A stretch of DNA of 64,000 nucleotides from Streptosporangiaceae bacterium (GCA_035606435.1 DATNFM010000054.1:3413-67412); one strand, 5' to 3'; shown: positions 25,513-35,819, numbered from the stretch's first letter. The notes: generated by a model not told the origin, from the sequence alone. Made by a program: numbers and translations.

Positions 25513-26693
25513 GCGGCCGCCCGACCAAGGCCAGCCTCCGGGCAGCGGCCACGGCACTCGGCATCGCCCTGCTGGCTACCGCCTGCGGCCAAGCCAGCCG
25601 CCAGGCGGCCCGGCCACCAGCCGGGAATCCAGCCGCCAAGCTTTCCCTGGCCACATCGGTGGCGACCACCAGCCGCAACTGGGCGGTCCTGGTGGTCGGC
25701 AACTCGGCCGACAGCACCAACGACTTCTGGCAACTCCTCACCCGCCCAGCCCGCCCTACCCGCCCGGCCACCGGCGGCACCTGGCGGCTGGTCACCCCGC
25801 CCGGCGTGGCGAGCAACGGCGGCCTCGTAGTCGCCCCGACCGGCACCAGCTCGCTGCTCGCCGGATTCCTTCCTAGCCAGGAACTGCGCTTCACCCCGCT
25901 CGCCACCACGGCTAGCGCCGGCAGCAGTTGGTCGGCCGGCGTCCTGAATGCCCGCCTGGCCGACACCCCGGACGCCCTGGCCGCCGACCCTGGCACCGCC
26001 AAGGTGCTGGCTCTCCTGGCCGACGGCACGCTGCGCCAGAGCCTCAACAGCGGCCAGACCTGGTCCACGATCGCCACCAGGCAGTCGGTCGCCAGAACTC
26101 AGGCCGGCCGCCGCTGCGACGTCACCCGGCTCACCGGCACCGCGTTCAGCCCGTCCGGCGACCCGATGCTCACCGCCGGCTGCACGGCCAACGGCCAGGC
26201 TGGCATCTTCACCCTCACCAGCGGAACCTGGCAGCCCGGCAACCCAGGCGTGCCAGCCCGCCAGCCGGTCACCACCTTGTCGATCTCATCGTCCGCCGGA
26301 ATCACCCAGGCGCTGCTGGCGATCGGCGATGGTGCCACCACCGGCCTGGCCGCCGCCCGCTACGCGGGCGATCCGGCCCGCTGGACGCTGTCACAGGCAT
26401 TCACGGTCGGCAACGAGAAGGTTCTTTCCGTATCGACCGGCAGCAACGGCACTATCGCCGTGCTGCTGTCGGGTCGTCGCGGTCTGCTGCTAGCGGGGGC
26501 AGCAGCAGACTGGCGGCGGCTACCCGGGCTGCCGCCAGCCACCCAAGCGCTGGCGGCCGGCCCGGGTACTGAACTGCAGGCACTTACCGCCGGGCGCACC
26601 ACAGTTGGTGTCTGGACGCTGAACGACTCACGCTCGGGCTGGACCCAGGCCCAGCACCTGCCGGTCCCGATCCAGTTCGGCAGCTCGGGCTGA
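25509..26693 (+). CDS. Lipoprotein, BNR/Ycf48-like beta-propeller candidate
   Basis: Lipobox LLATAC; BNR-like SLNSGQTWS; 4-nt overlap with the upstream SCO gene. Confidence 0.55.
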   Translation: MSGRPTKASLRAAATALGIALLATACGQASRQAARPPAGNPAAKLSLATSVATTSRNWAVLVVGNSADSTNDFWQLLTRPARPTRPATGGTWRLVTPPGVASNGGLVVAPTGTSSLLAGFLPSQELRFTPLATTASAGSSWSAGVLNARLADTPDALAADPGTAKVLALLADGTLRQSLNSGQTWSTIATRQSVARTQAGRRCDVTRLTGTAFSPSGDPMLTAGCTANGQAGIFTLTSGTWQPGNPGVPARQPVTTLSISSSAGITQALLAIGDGATTGLAAARYAGDPARWTLSQAFTVGNEKVLSVSTGSNGTIAVLLSGRRGLLLAGAAADWRRLPGLPPATQALAAGPGTELQALTAGRTTVGVWTLNDSRSGWTQAQHLPVPIQFGSSG

Positions 26694-26852
26694 CCGCAGT
26701 CACGGCAAAGTTCTTAAGTTCTTTCAGCCAGAAAAATTTGCGCCCGCCAGCGGCCCAGCGTCCTGAACGGCTGCGGTGTAAGGGCAATGTCGGGGCAATG
26801 TCGGGGCGGCGTGCCTGGGGAGCCGACGCGCTCTGCCGGACTATCGAATGGC

Positions 26853-26907
26853 ACCGGCAAACAGGCTGGTCAGAACAAAAGGGACCGGCAAACAGGCTGG
26901 TCAGAAC
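26853..26907. repeat. Direct repeat of the 24-mer ACCGGCAAACAGGCTGGTCAGAAC (31-bp period) just upstream of an RBS
   Basis: Copies at 26853..26876 and 26884..26907; GAAGGAA RBS and ATG 26924 follow. Confidence 0.85.
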
Positions 26908-26923
26908 CCGAGAAGGAACAGCG

Positions 26924-27916
26924 ATGAGGTATCCCCAGTCCGCTACCCGGCGCTTCCTGCGTTCCGCTGGCGTTGCCGGCGCGGCCGCCCTGGCTACCGG
27001 CGCGATGGCGGCGGTCTCGCTCGCGCCAGCTCAGGCCGCACCGAGCGCGCCAGCGATCCACTACAAGTTCAAGACGATCAACAACAACAACGACCCGACG
27101 TTCAACCAGCTGCTGGGCATCAACGACGCGGGCAAGATCGCCGGCTACTTCGGCTCAGGCGCCAAGGGCCACCCCAACAAGGGCTACACGCTGACCTCGC
27201 CGTACCACCAGGTCAACTTCCGCAACCAGAACTTCCCCGGCTCCAAGCAGACCCAGGTCACCGCGCTCAACAACACCGGCATCCAGGTCGGCTTCTACTC
27301 CAAGATGAACACGGCCAGCGGGGCGAACAATAACTTCGGCTACTACTCGCTCAACGGCACGCACTTCCACAAGGTCAACTTCCCGACTCACAACCCCGCC
27401 AACCCGCCCGTAGACCAGTTGCTCGGCGTCAACGACTCCGGCCTGGCGGTCGGCTTCTACGTGGACGCCGCTGGCGCTAGCCACGGCTACCTGTACAACA
27501 TCAACGCGCACAAGTACCACAGCGAGAACCCGCCGCTCGGCACTGGCGTGAAGAGCGTGACGCCGACCGGCATCAACGACTCGGACAGCGTCGTCGGCTT
27601 CTTCGTCAACTCCCACGACGACACCCGCGGCTTCCTGGTCAGGACGGCTTCGCCGCATCTGTTCATCCTCAACGTGCCCGGCTCGGACTCCACGACGCCG
27701 TTCGGCGTCAACAAGTTCGGAATGGTCGTCGGCACCTACACCGTCGGCTCGAAGAACCTCGGCTTCACCTGGACCCGCAAGGGCGGCTTCCACACCGTCA
27801 AGGACCCGAACGGCCCGAACCAGACCTTCGTCAACGGCGTCAACTCCGCCGGTGACCTGGTCGGCTTCTACGTCGACAAGAAGGGCAACACCGACGGCTT
27901 CCTCGCAAAGCCGTAA
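26924..27916 (+). CDS. Secreted repeat protein (HAF-like GxND.G..VGFY repeats)
   Basis: Signal peptide RRFLRSAGVAGAAALATGAMA...AQA. Five or more repeats: GINDAGKIAGYF, GVNDSGLAVGFY, GINDSDSVVGFF, GVNKFGMVVGTY, GVNSAGDLVGFY. Confidence 0.7.
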   Translation: MRYPQSATRRFLRSAGVAGAAALATGAMAAVSLAPAQAAPSAPAIHYKFKTINNNNDPTFNQLLGINDAGKIAGYFGSGAKGHPNKGYTLTSPYHQVNFRNQNFPGSKQTQVTALNNTGIQVGFYSKMNTASGANNNFGYYSLNGTHFHKVNFPTHNPANPPVDQLLGVNDSGLAVGFYVDAAGASHGYLYNINAHKYHSENPPLGTGVKSVTPTGINDSDSVVGFFVNSHDDTRGFLVRTASPHLFILNVPGSDSTTPFGVNKFGMVVGTYTVGSKNLGFTWTRKGGFHTVKDPNGPNQTFVNGVNSAGDLVGFYVDKKGNTDGFLAKP

Positions 27917-28076
27917 TCGACTCGCCGTAAACCGACTCGGGCGGTGGGCCAGGACGGCTCACCGCCCGCTCCAACCCGCGGCTGGGCGTCGTTTGGCGGG
28001 CGACGCTCGGCCGCGTTCGCTGACGTCACCACCACGGGGCAGGGCGGACCTTCTGGAAGGCCGGTCTCAGCCGGGG

Positions 28077-31000
28077 CTAGCTCGTGCTCCAGACGGCCGG
28101 CGGCCGGCAGCCGAGTTCGGCCAGTTCGGCCAGGCCCTCGGCGGCCCGGTCCGGCAGCAGGAGCAGAGTGCAGGCTCGCTCGAATCGAGCCCCGATCCGC
28201 TCCCAGCCGGCCACCGACCGCTCAAGCTCGGCCCGGTCGTCATGCAGCCTGCCGGCGGCCCTGGCCAGGCAAGCGGCGGCCCAGTAGTTCTCCGCTCCGG
28301 CCGGGGCCGCCTCCTCGAGCCGACTCTCCGCGTCAGGAAGGCCAGCGACGACCGCGACCTCGGCCACGATTCCCCATGCGTACGGGCGCATCGAGTACCA
28401 GTGCGGCGCCTCGTACCACGGCTGGCGGGCATCGTTCAGGCCCCGCACGGCGGCCAGCGCCAGATCCAGCCGCTGCTCATGCAGGGCGATGCGGGCATCG
28501 GTGAACATCGCCGCCCAGAACAGGTTCGTGCCGGCCGCCGGATCACCGTCGATGCCGATCAGCTCGCCAAGCCGTCCAAGCCATACTCGACGGCTTTCGT
28601 CGTCGCCGCGCAGGCCGTGTCCGAGCATGGCGCCGTAGATCGCCGGACCCATCCACCGCGCATCCGGCCGGCCGGCCATCTCCCACCCGTCCCACATCGT
28701 CTGGGCCGATGCGAGCGCTTCGTCGAACTTGCCTTGCAGCACTAGCGGCAGGATCGGCTTGCTCGCGGTCCGATGCGGCTGGCCGCTGGCGATGTCATCA
28801 CCCGCTGCTAGCGTGGCCGTGTTCAGCGCAGCGGGAAGGTCACCGGCAGTCACTGCGATCTCGGTGACCATATGGAAGGCGTCGATGATCTCCGCGCCGG
28901 CGCGGGGATCGTGCCGGGGAAGGAGCTTGAGCAGTTCGGCCCGTTCGGCGTTGACCTGGTGGGCCTCGCGCAGCCGGCCGCCGGCGTCCAGCGCGCCGAC
29001 AACAGCGTCTAGCGCGCCGCTGATCAGCACGGGATCGGCGGTCAGCCGGGCGGCTTCCAGCGCCTTGGTCGCCAGGGTCAGCTCTGGCACTGTCTTCTCG
29101 CCCTGCGCGATCCAGGCCGCCGCGGCCGCTAGGTACGCGGCCGCGACCGGAGCGTAGGCCGGGGACCGGGCGGTCGCCTCTTCCAGCATCGCTTCCAGTT
29201 GGCTGTGCGGGATCTCCGCCGGGAACTCGGCGGCGAACCGGTCAGCGATCGTGACGGCATACCCGATAGCCGCAGCCCAGCCCCCTCGGTCGCCGGCCGC
29301 ATCAGATCGCGCCGCCGAAGCGAGCAGCAGGTCAAAGGCCTGCTGGCCGCGCCCGGTCGCCATCGCGACATCGGCCGCCGTGCGCAAGTCAAACGCGGCC
29401 TGCCCCGGGGTCGCCGCGAGCGCCGCGGCGGTCCGGTAGTGCTCGCACGCCTCGTTCATGAATCGTCGCGCGTAAGCAAGATGCCCGAGGGCCCGAGCCA
29501 GCCGATGCCGCACGCCCGAACCCCCGGCGGCCCGCCCCAGCCCAGCCGCGCCGCCGGCCGGCCGGGCAAAGTCCGCCGCACGCGCAACTGAACCCTTCCC
29601 GCCGGCACCACCGGCCCCGCGTGCGGTGCTGGCTCCTGTCGCACCGGAGCGACGGCTATCGCTGGATTCTCGGGCGACGTCGGCCTCGGGGGCCGATAGG
29701 GCGGCGCGGAGGTCGTCGGCGATGGTGTCGAAGGCGGCGCGCCAGGGGCGGTCAGACTCGGCGCGTTTTTCGAGGTCGGCCGCGACCTGGGCGGCCCAGC
29801 GCAGGTGCGCGTCCAGGATCGCGGCCTCCTCGTCGCTGGCAGCGAGCCGGTCGACCGCATAGGCCCTGATCGTCTCGAGCATCTGCCAGCGGCTGCTGTC
29901 CGGCCCCTGCCGGTGGGTCAGCAGGCTCTTGTCGGTCAGCCGACCGACTAGGTCAGCGATCACGCTCCGGTTGGCTTCGCGGCCCTCACCCGCAACCGCC
30001 ACGGCGGCGTCCAGGTCGAACCCGCCGATGAACGCTCCCGCCCGCCGGAACATCACCCGCTCGTCCTCATCGAGCAGATCGTGGCTCCAGTCGATCACCG
30101 CGCGCAGCGACCGGTGCCGCTCGTGCGCGACCCGGCTGCCCGCCAGCAACCGCAGATAGTCATCGAGCCCAGCGAGCAGGCCGTCGATTCCCAGCGAAGC
30201 GCTGCGGGCGGCGGCTAGCTCGATTGCCAGGGGGATCCCGTCAAGCCGGGCACAGACCTGACTGATGACCTCAGCGGAACCGGCAAAGCTCGGGTTGCTC
30301 GCCTTTGCCCGGTCCAGGAACAGCGCTTCGGCCTCTGGCCTGGCCAGCCCGGGCGAACCGTTCACCAGCGACAGCGGCGGGACCGTGACGACTACCTCAC
30401 CCGGGATGGCCAGCCGTTCCCGGCTGGTGGCCAGGACGGTCAGGTCACCGCAGTTGGCCAGCAGCTTTTCCACGAACGGGGCGACCACATCGAGCAAGTG
30501 CTCGCAATTGTCCAGGACGAGCAAGGACCGGCCTTTCGCCAGATGCTCGTGCAGGGCCGCATCCAGCGACCGGCCAGGCCCCTCCGTCACGCCCAGCAGC
30601 GCGGCCACCGACTGGCTGATGAAGCCCTGGCGCACCGGAACCAGATCGGCGAACGCGGCGCCGGACGGATATGCGGGCGCCGCCAGTTCGGCGGCCCTGG
30701 ACGCCAGCCTGGTTTTGCCAACCCCGCCGGGGCCGACCAGGCTCACCACCGAACTGCCGTTCAGCGCCGTGAGTACCGCTGTCAGCTGGTTGTCCCGGCC
30801 GACGAAGCTGGTGCGGGTCGCTGGCAGGCCGGCCACCACCCCGGCCTGTCGCCCGGCACCCTCGGGCGACTCGATGCCGACCGCAGGCGGCGCTGGCCCG
30901 GCCCTGGGCAGGCTCGTGGCCTGATCGGCGGCCAGTGCCAGCAGTTCCCGGTCCGCAGGAGACAAGTCGAGCGCCTCGGCGATGAGTCGTACCGTCGACA

Positions 31001-31139
31001 GCCTCGGTGCGTTTCGCCGGCCCTGCTCGATGGCCGCGATCGTCGCCGGGCTGATGCGACACTGCTCGGCGAGTGCCTCCTGGGTAAGGCTGGCCGCTAC
31101 TCGGAACCGCCGCAGCAAATCACCAAAGGCATCGGCCAT
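28077..31139 (-). CDS. XRE-HTH / NB-ARC-type ATPase / TPR-like large regulator
   Basis: N-terminal HTH (LTQEALAEQCRISPATIAAIEQGRR); P-loop GPGGVGKTRLA; long helical C-terminus. Start at Met 36 of ORF 28077..31244. Confidence 0.8.
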   Translation of the reverse strand: MADAFGDLLRRFRVAASLTQEALAEQCRISPATIAAIEQGRRNAPRLSTVRLIAEALDLSPADRELLALAADQATSLPRAGPAPPAVGIESPEGAGRQAGVVAGLPATRTSFVGRDNQLTAVLTALNGSSVVSLVGPGGVGKTRLASRAAELAAPAYPSGAAFADLVPVRQGFISQSVAALLGVTEGPGRSLDAALHEHLAKGRSLLVLDNCEHLLDVVAPFVEKLLANCGDLTVLATSRERLAIPGEVVVTVPPLSLVNGSPGLARPEAEALFLDRAKASNPSFAGSAEVISQVCARLDGIPLAIELAAARSASLGIDGLLAGLDDYLRLLAGSRVAHERHRSLRAVIDWSHDLLDEDERVMFRRAGAFIGGFDLDAAVAVAGEGREANRSVIADLVGRLTDKSLLTHRQGPDSSRWQMLETIRAYAVDRLAASDEEAAILDAHLRWAAQVAADLEKRAESDRPWRAAFDTIADDLRAALSAPEADVARESSDSRRSGATGASTARGAGGAGGKGSVARAADFARPAGGAAGLGRAAGGSGVRHRLARALGHLAYARRFMNEACEHYRTAAALAATPGQAAFDLRTAADVAMATGRGQQAFDLLLASAARSDAAGDRGGWAAAIGYAVTIADRFAAEFPAEIPHSQLEAMLEEATARSPAYAPVAAAYLAAAAAWIAQGEKTVPELTLATKALEAARLTADPVLISGALDAVVGALDAGGRLREAHQVNAERAELLKLLPRHDPRAGAEIIDAFHMVTEIAVTAGDLPAALNTATLAAGDDIASGQPHRTASKPILPLVLQGKFDEALASAQTMWDGWEMAGRPDARWMGPAIYGAMLGHGLRGDDESRRVWLGRLGELIGIDGDPAAGTNLFWAAMFTDARIALHEQRLDLALAAVRGLNDARQPWYEAPHWYSMRPYAWGIVAEVAVVAGLPDAESRLEEAAPAGAENYWAAACLARAAGRLHDDRAELERSVAGWERIGARFERACTLLLLPDRAAEGLAELAELGCRPPAVWSTS

Positions 31140-31244
31140 CGCAGGAATATCTACTCCCCTCCGGCCTGAGTCTAGGACCGCTGGTTTCAGCGGGCCAGAC
31201 CCCTCGCGTGACAGAAATGCCACACGATGGGTCCTGGACTTCAC

Positions 31245-32810
31245 TCAGATCCAACTGTTAACCCACATTCGGCTCAGCCAGGCCCCGTAAGGAAGCACTC
31301 TGTCGGCAAGTACCGGATACAAGTAGATGAAGTTCGCCAGCACCAGGAGCAGGTAGCCACCCGATACCGAGGCCAGGACGATCCGGGACTGAAAGGTTTC
31401 GTAAAGCAGGCCAAGGACGAGGGCGGTGGCCATCACCAGGAACGGATCGAATACCACGGCGTAATAGAAGAACTCGGTACGGTGGTCGTGGTAGTAAAAC
31501 CAGATCCACGGCAGCCACCCGGCGGCGACCGCGGCCAGAACGGCGCCAACCTGCCAGTCCCGCCGCCAGATCCACCAGGCAACGCTGAAGAGCAGCGCGG
31601 CAGTGGCCATCCACCAGATCAGCGGGGTGCCGATGGCCAGTACTTCCTGCTCGGTCGAACGCGCCGTCCCGCCGCACAGGCGTCCGGCCGGAACGCAGTT
31701 GGCGTGGAACGAGATCGGCCGGGCGAGGATCGGCCAGCCGAGCGGATTCGTCTGGTAGGAGTGAGTGGTGCGCAGGCCCAGGCCGAAGCCGAGCATGGAT
31801 TTCTGATACTGCAGCCAGGCCAGGATCGTCCCGGCCGGATGACCGTCGTTGAAGGCGGCCCCGTTGCGGTCATAGCCGTAGCTGGTCGCGAACCAGCCGG
31901 TCCAGGACGCGACGTAGGCCGCCAACGGCGCAAGCCCAAACCAGACCGGCAGCCACGGGCCATCGCTGCGGGCCACTGCCCCGAGAGCCCGGAGGGACGA
32001 CCTCCCGGAACCCCCCGCGATGACAGGCCTGACCGATCCAGCCGCGCGCCGGGCGGCCCAATCCCAGGCCACCACCAGGATCGCGAGGACCGGAAGGTAC
32101 CATACACCATTCCATTTCGTCGCGCACGCGGCGCCCAGGCACACCCCGGCGAGCAGCAACGGCCAGCGGAGCCCCAGCCTCGCCGGCACATCCCGAGCCA
32201 GCGCATCGGCAAGCCGCGCTCTCGTCCGGTCGCGGTCCAAGACGATCAGGCCGAAGGCGGCCAGGATCCAGAACATGACGAAGATATCGAGGATCGCCGT
32301 CCGGCTGAGCACGAATTCGAGGCCATCAAGAGCCAGCAGCAGGCCGGCCACGCAGCCGAGCCAGGTGGACCCGGTCAGCCGTCGGGCGATCCGGGCCGTC
32401 ATCAAGATCGCCAGCGAGCCGACCAGCGCGGCCGCGAACCGCCAGCCGAATGGCGTCACGCCGAACAGCCATTCCCCGACCGCGATCATGATCTTGCCGA
32501 GCGGCGGGTGGGCCACGTACTCGGCCTGGGTACCGAGCAGAATGTGGGTGCCGCCGTGAGCTAGCACGGCATCGGAGTTGTGCACGTGGCTGATCTCAAC
32601 GCCGTGTTTCAAGATGCCGTAGGCATCGGGCACGTAGTAGGTCTCGTCGAAGACCACCCCGTGCGGCACGCTCAGCCGGTCGAACCGCAGGAAGCCACCG
32701 AACAATGTCACTAGCAGCGGACCGGCCCAGCCCTGCCAGTTGCGCGGCAAAGGCAAAACGAGCCGATCACGCAGATCAGGTTGTGCGGCAGCAGGAAGCG
32801 ATTCGATCAA
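31245..32810 (-). CDS. pmt: Dolichyl/polyprenyl-phosphate-mannose protein mannosyltransferase (GT39)
   Basis: VFDETYYVPDAYGILKHGVE signature loop; polytopic; 521 aa. Confidence 0.85.
   Translation of the reverse strand: MIESLPAAAQPDLRDRLVLPLPRNWQGWAGPLLVTLFGGFLRFDRLSVPHGVVFDETYYVPDAYGILKHGVEISHVHNSDAVLAHGGTHILLGTQAEYVAHPPLGKIMIAVGEWLFGVTPFGWRFAAALVGSLAILMTARIARRLTGSTWLGCVAGLLLALDGLEFVLSRTAILDIFVMFWILAAFGLIVLDRDRTRARLADALARDVPARLGLRWPLLLAGVCLGAACATKWNGVWYLPVLAILVVAWDWAARRAAGSVRPVIAGGSGRSSLRALGAVARSDGPWLPVWFGLAPLAAYVASWTGWFATSYGYDRNGAAFNDGHPAGTILAWLQYQKSMLGFGLGLRTTHSYQTNPLGWPILARPISFHANCVPAGRLCGGTARSTEQEVLAIGTPLIWWMATAALLFSVAWWIWRRDWQVGAVLAAVAAGWLPWIWFYYHDHRTEFFYYAVVFDPFLVMATALVLGLLYETFQSRIVLASVSGGYLLLVLANFIYLYPVLADRVLPYGAWLSRMWVNSWI
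31988..32017. repeat. Diverged copy of the G-run/C-run hairpin element inside pmt (CCCGGAGGGACGACCTCCCGGAACCCCCCG)
   Basis: Two substitutions relative to the 47247..47276 copy; translated in frame as GGSGRSSLR on the minus strand. Confidence 0.8.
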
Positions 32811-32816
32811 CTGATG

Positions 32817-33683
32817 CTAGCCGTGACGCGGCTGGTGCTTACCTGTGCTAGCCCGGCCCTGAACATCAACCTTTGTGATAGCCAGGAAGGCGACCAGGAT
32901 CGCGATCAATACGGTGAACCCGAGTGCGACCCGGCCATCGCCCCAGCCGAGTCCGCCCAGGCTGACCGGCTTGCCCAGCCAGTCGGCGACCGAGGCGCCG
33001 AGCGGCCTGGTGACCACGTAGGCCAACCAGAACGCGCCGATGGCGTTCCACCGGAAGAAGCGGAAGCCGATCGCCGGGATCATGATCATCACGGCGAACA
33101 GCACGATCGAGAAGTCGTAGCCGAGCCCGACGGTGACCGCGGTCAGGTCGCCGAGCGCCGTTCCCATCGCGAACGTCGCCACCACTGCGGTCCAGTAGAA
33201 AAGCTCGCGGCGGAGCGTGTCGATCGTGTGGATCGACAGCGTCCGCTCGGTCCGCTGCCAGGTCACGAACACTGCGGCCAGCGCGATCGCGTACAAGGCG
33301 GACGAGACGACGTACGGAACTCCGAATCCGACGTGCAGCACGTCGGCGGCCATCGTGCCGAACACGCCGACCATGACCACCGCGAGCCAGTAGGTCCAGG
33401 CCACATAGCGGCGGACCGACAATTGGAGCGCCAGTGCGGCCACGAAGCCCGCGAAGCCGATGCCGACGGCCAGGACCGGATTCATTGCGTGCACGAGGTA
33501 GTCGGAGGTCGACTCCCCCATCGCGGTGGACAGCCCTTTGATGATCCAGAAGTACGCGGTAATTTCCGGCACCCGCAGCGCGCCGCGAGCGGTCCACGCC
33601 GAAGGGCGGTCGCGATCGACTGTCGGCTGAACTCCGGCCGGAATCGGGGTCACCTGCTGACCGCGCCGCGCGTATTGATCCAT
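32817..33683 (-). CDS. Membrane protein (COG4705-like, uncharacterised)
   Basis: VPEITAYFWIIKGLSTAMGESTSDYLV N-terminal signature; multiple TM spans. Confidence 0.65.
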   Translation of the reverse strand: MDQYARRGQQVTPIPAGVQPTVDRDRPSAWTARGALRVPEITAYFWIIKGLSTAMGESTSDYLVHAMNPVLAVGIGFAGFVAALALQLSVRRYVAWTYWLAVVMVGVFGTMAADVLHVGFGVPYVVSSALYAIALAAVFVTWQRTERTLSIHTIDTLRRELFYWTAVVATFAMGTALGDLTAVTVGLGYDFSIVLFAVMIMIPAIGFRFFRWNAIGAFWLAYVVTRPLGASVADWLGKPVSLGGLGWGDGRVALGFTVLIAILVAFLAITKVDVQGRASTGKHQPRHG

Positions 33684-34098
33684 GGCTGACCTAGCCGTCC
33701 AATCCGGATCTACTCTTTCTCGGAGTTCCTGCGACCCCTGTGTCTATCAGAGCGCCGTGCTAGCGGCCCTCGTGGTTACCAGACGCTAAGCATTCCCAGA
33801 TAGTTCCCTTCGCTGGAGTTCGGCAGCGAAGACCTGCGAATCCTGGTCGAGCGCAGGTCGGACGGGCAGTCTGGAGGAAGTGCCCGCTCTCAGTTCGCTG
33901 CCTCACGGCGAGTTCGCCGATCTCAGCTTGGCTGCCGGTATCGGCCAGATGGCCGATACCGACTGGGAAGGGAGGCGAGAGTATCCATGGAGCCACATGG
34001 CGCGATTCACCTGATCTTGACCATCGTGTCGTTTCTTGCCCTGCGTGTCTGGTAACGCGGGAGTGCTGACGGGGGCATAGGCCCAATTCGGGGGTGGG

Positions 34099-34116
34099 CC
34101 CGCCCGCAAGGGCGGG
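34099..34116 (-). terminator. GC hairpin CCCGCCC-GCAA-GGGCGGG 26 nt past the stop of the 34142 gene
   Basis: Perfect 7-bp stem with a tetraloop; no U-tract. Confidence 0.4.
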
Positions 34117-34141
34117 TCACCTCCTTTCGCCAGACCTGCGG

Positions 34142-35110
34142 TCAGAACTGCCACTGCAGGCCGTAGCCCAAGTACAGGACCGGATTCTCGAACCGGACGT
34201 GAGCTTCGCCCGCACCATTGAGGCTTACCGGTTCACCGGGATGAGCGGGATCGAACATCCGGACGGTCTCCCCCGATACGACCCTGATCCAGGCCGGCGG
34301 CCTGGTCAGGTCAAATCGAACCGTCAGGTCGAAGACATTGCACTGGTACTCGGGCGTGAAGATGTAATGCGATCTCATCGGCTCATCCGGTGGCACCCTC
34401 AAGATCAGCTCGTATTCGTGCATTTCTCCGGCGGCCAGCGGCTCGGGCAATTCGATGAAGTAAGCGTGCCGGTGGCCGACAGGATCGGCCCGTCGCACCA
34501 GCCGTCCCCCCACCAGCACGTCAGCGTGCAGATTCATCCTCGGCTGGTCGGTATCTCTCGGGACATCGAGCCAGGCCATTACCTCAGAAAGACCGGCCTT
34601 GGTCGACACGATGCGGCGCCGCTCGTGCGACTCCGGGGTCGGCGTGTCGAGGCGGAGCACGGTCCTGAATTCGTCCAGATACCAGCCGGCGGCCGTCGAC
34701 ACGACGCGACCGCGCCGACTTCGCAGCTCGGTACTGACCTCCTCGGCCAGCAGCGCCTCGGCGTCATCGATCCGCCGGAGCACGGTCCGCTCATTGCGGG
34801 CCACTCGCTCGGCCAGCCAGGTCACCCGGTCGCCGAAGTGCTCCATCTGCTTGGTCTCGTCAAGCAAGCCCAGGCTAGCCAGCACGGCTACGTTCAAGTC
34901 GCCGGGCAGCTTCGCCGCGCTGTTGCTCAGTTCACTGGCCAGGCTCCGGCGAAGTTCGCTGACGTCGCCTCGCGATTCGCCGGCCAGCTCGCGCAGGCTC
35001 AGGCCGATCCGTTGCTCCAAATCCCGGGCCCGAATGCCGCGGCCCTTCCTGAGCTGTCGTATCTCCGCCGCGATCTGCGAGGTGGGCGCGTCATCTTGGC
35101 TGAACGTCAT
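34142..35110 (-). CDS. Conserved hypothetical protein (possible N-terminal HTH)
   Basis: 322-aa ORF with coding-like composition; IRQLRKGRGIRARDLEQRIGLS at the N-terminus. Confidence 0.55.
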   Translation of the reverse strand: MTFSQDDAPTSQIAAEIRQLRKGRGIRARDLEQRIGLSLRELAGESRGDVSELRRSLASELSNSAAKLPGDLNVAVLASLGLLDETKQMEHFGDRVTWLAERVARNERTVLRRIDDAEALLAEEVSTELRSRRGRVVSTAAGWYLDEFRTVLRLDTPTPESHERRRIVSTKAGLSEVMAWLDVPRDTDQPRMNLHADVLVGGRLVRRADPVGHRHAYFIELPEPLAAGEMHEYELILRVPPDEPMRSHYIFTPEYQCNVFDLTVRFDLTRPPAWIRVVSGETVRMFDPAHPGEPVSLNGAGEAHVRFENPVLYLGYGLQWQF

Positions 35111-35227
35111 CTATTTGGCAACTCCGGCTTGCCATGGCATCTTCTTGCCGCATTGTCTTCTTCTTAGCGTATCGCCCGTTCCAGCAGCGTGGTAACGACC
35201 GGACCCGGAACTCGGAAGAGAACGCGC

Positions 35228-35785
35228 TCAAATGCGGGTAGCCAGGTATCCCCACAGGCCGATCAAAGTGCCGGCATTCACGATCTGGCCCTCGTTTATC
35301 AGCTGGGTAACAGACCGCAGCGGAACCCATTCGATCCGGTCGGCCTCAGTCAGGTCGACCGGATCGGCCACCTTCTCTGGCTCGTAGCCGATGAAGATCG
35401 AGTTCTCGCTGTCGACCATGCCGACCGTCGGCTGGAAGGTCACCAGGGGTTCGACCCGTCCGGCCCGGTAGCCGGTCTCTTCCTCAAGCTCCCGGATCGC
35501 CGTTTCTGCTGGCTGCTCGTTCTCATCGATCAGCCCACTTGGCAGTTCCCAGCCCCACCGATCGACGACGAACCTGTGCCGCCACAGCATCAGCACCCGA
35601 TCCTGGTCGTCGACCAAGAGCATCACCGCTGCCCGACGCAGTCGCACGACGTGGTGCCAGAACCGGTCGCGCCCGGGGATCTCGACATCGACCTGGCCCA
35701 GCCACACCCAGGGGGGATCGTCGTAGATGGTTCGTTCGCCGAATATCCGCCACCGGCTGAGCCCGTCTTCAGAAGTGTTCGCCAC
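35228..35785 (-). CDS. NUDIX hydrolase
   Basis: Nudix box GLIDENEQPAETAIRELEEETGY. Confidence 0.85.
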   Translation of the reverse strand: MANTSEDGLSRWRIFGERTIYDDPPWVWLGQVDVEIPGRDRFWHHVVRLRRAAVMLLVDDQDRVLMLWRHRFVVDRWGWELPSGLIDENEQPAETAIRELEEETGYRAGRVEPLVTFQPTVGMVDSENSIFIGYEPEKVADPVDLTEADRIEWVPLRSVTQLINEGQIVNAGTLIGLWGYLATRI

Positions 35786-35819
35786 GGCCCGATGCTAGAA
35801 CCTGGGGCACGATGGAGGG

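Noticed and set aside
31988-32017. The two substitutions in the pmt copy of the hairpin element (GGAGGG...CCTCCC) as compensatory, stem-preserving changes
   Set aside because: When the stem is paired out, the A and the T are offset by one position. They give an A-C mismatch plus a G-T wobble, so they weaken the stem. This is evidence of decay, not of structural selection.
33684-34098. A cobalamin, SAM or other known riboswitch in the long leader
   Set aside because: I could not find the conserved cores (B12 box, SAM-I/IV junction motifs, ydaO or yybP-ykoY signatures) by eye. It is reported only as an unexplained structured region.
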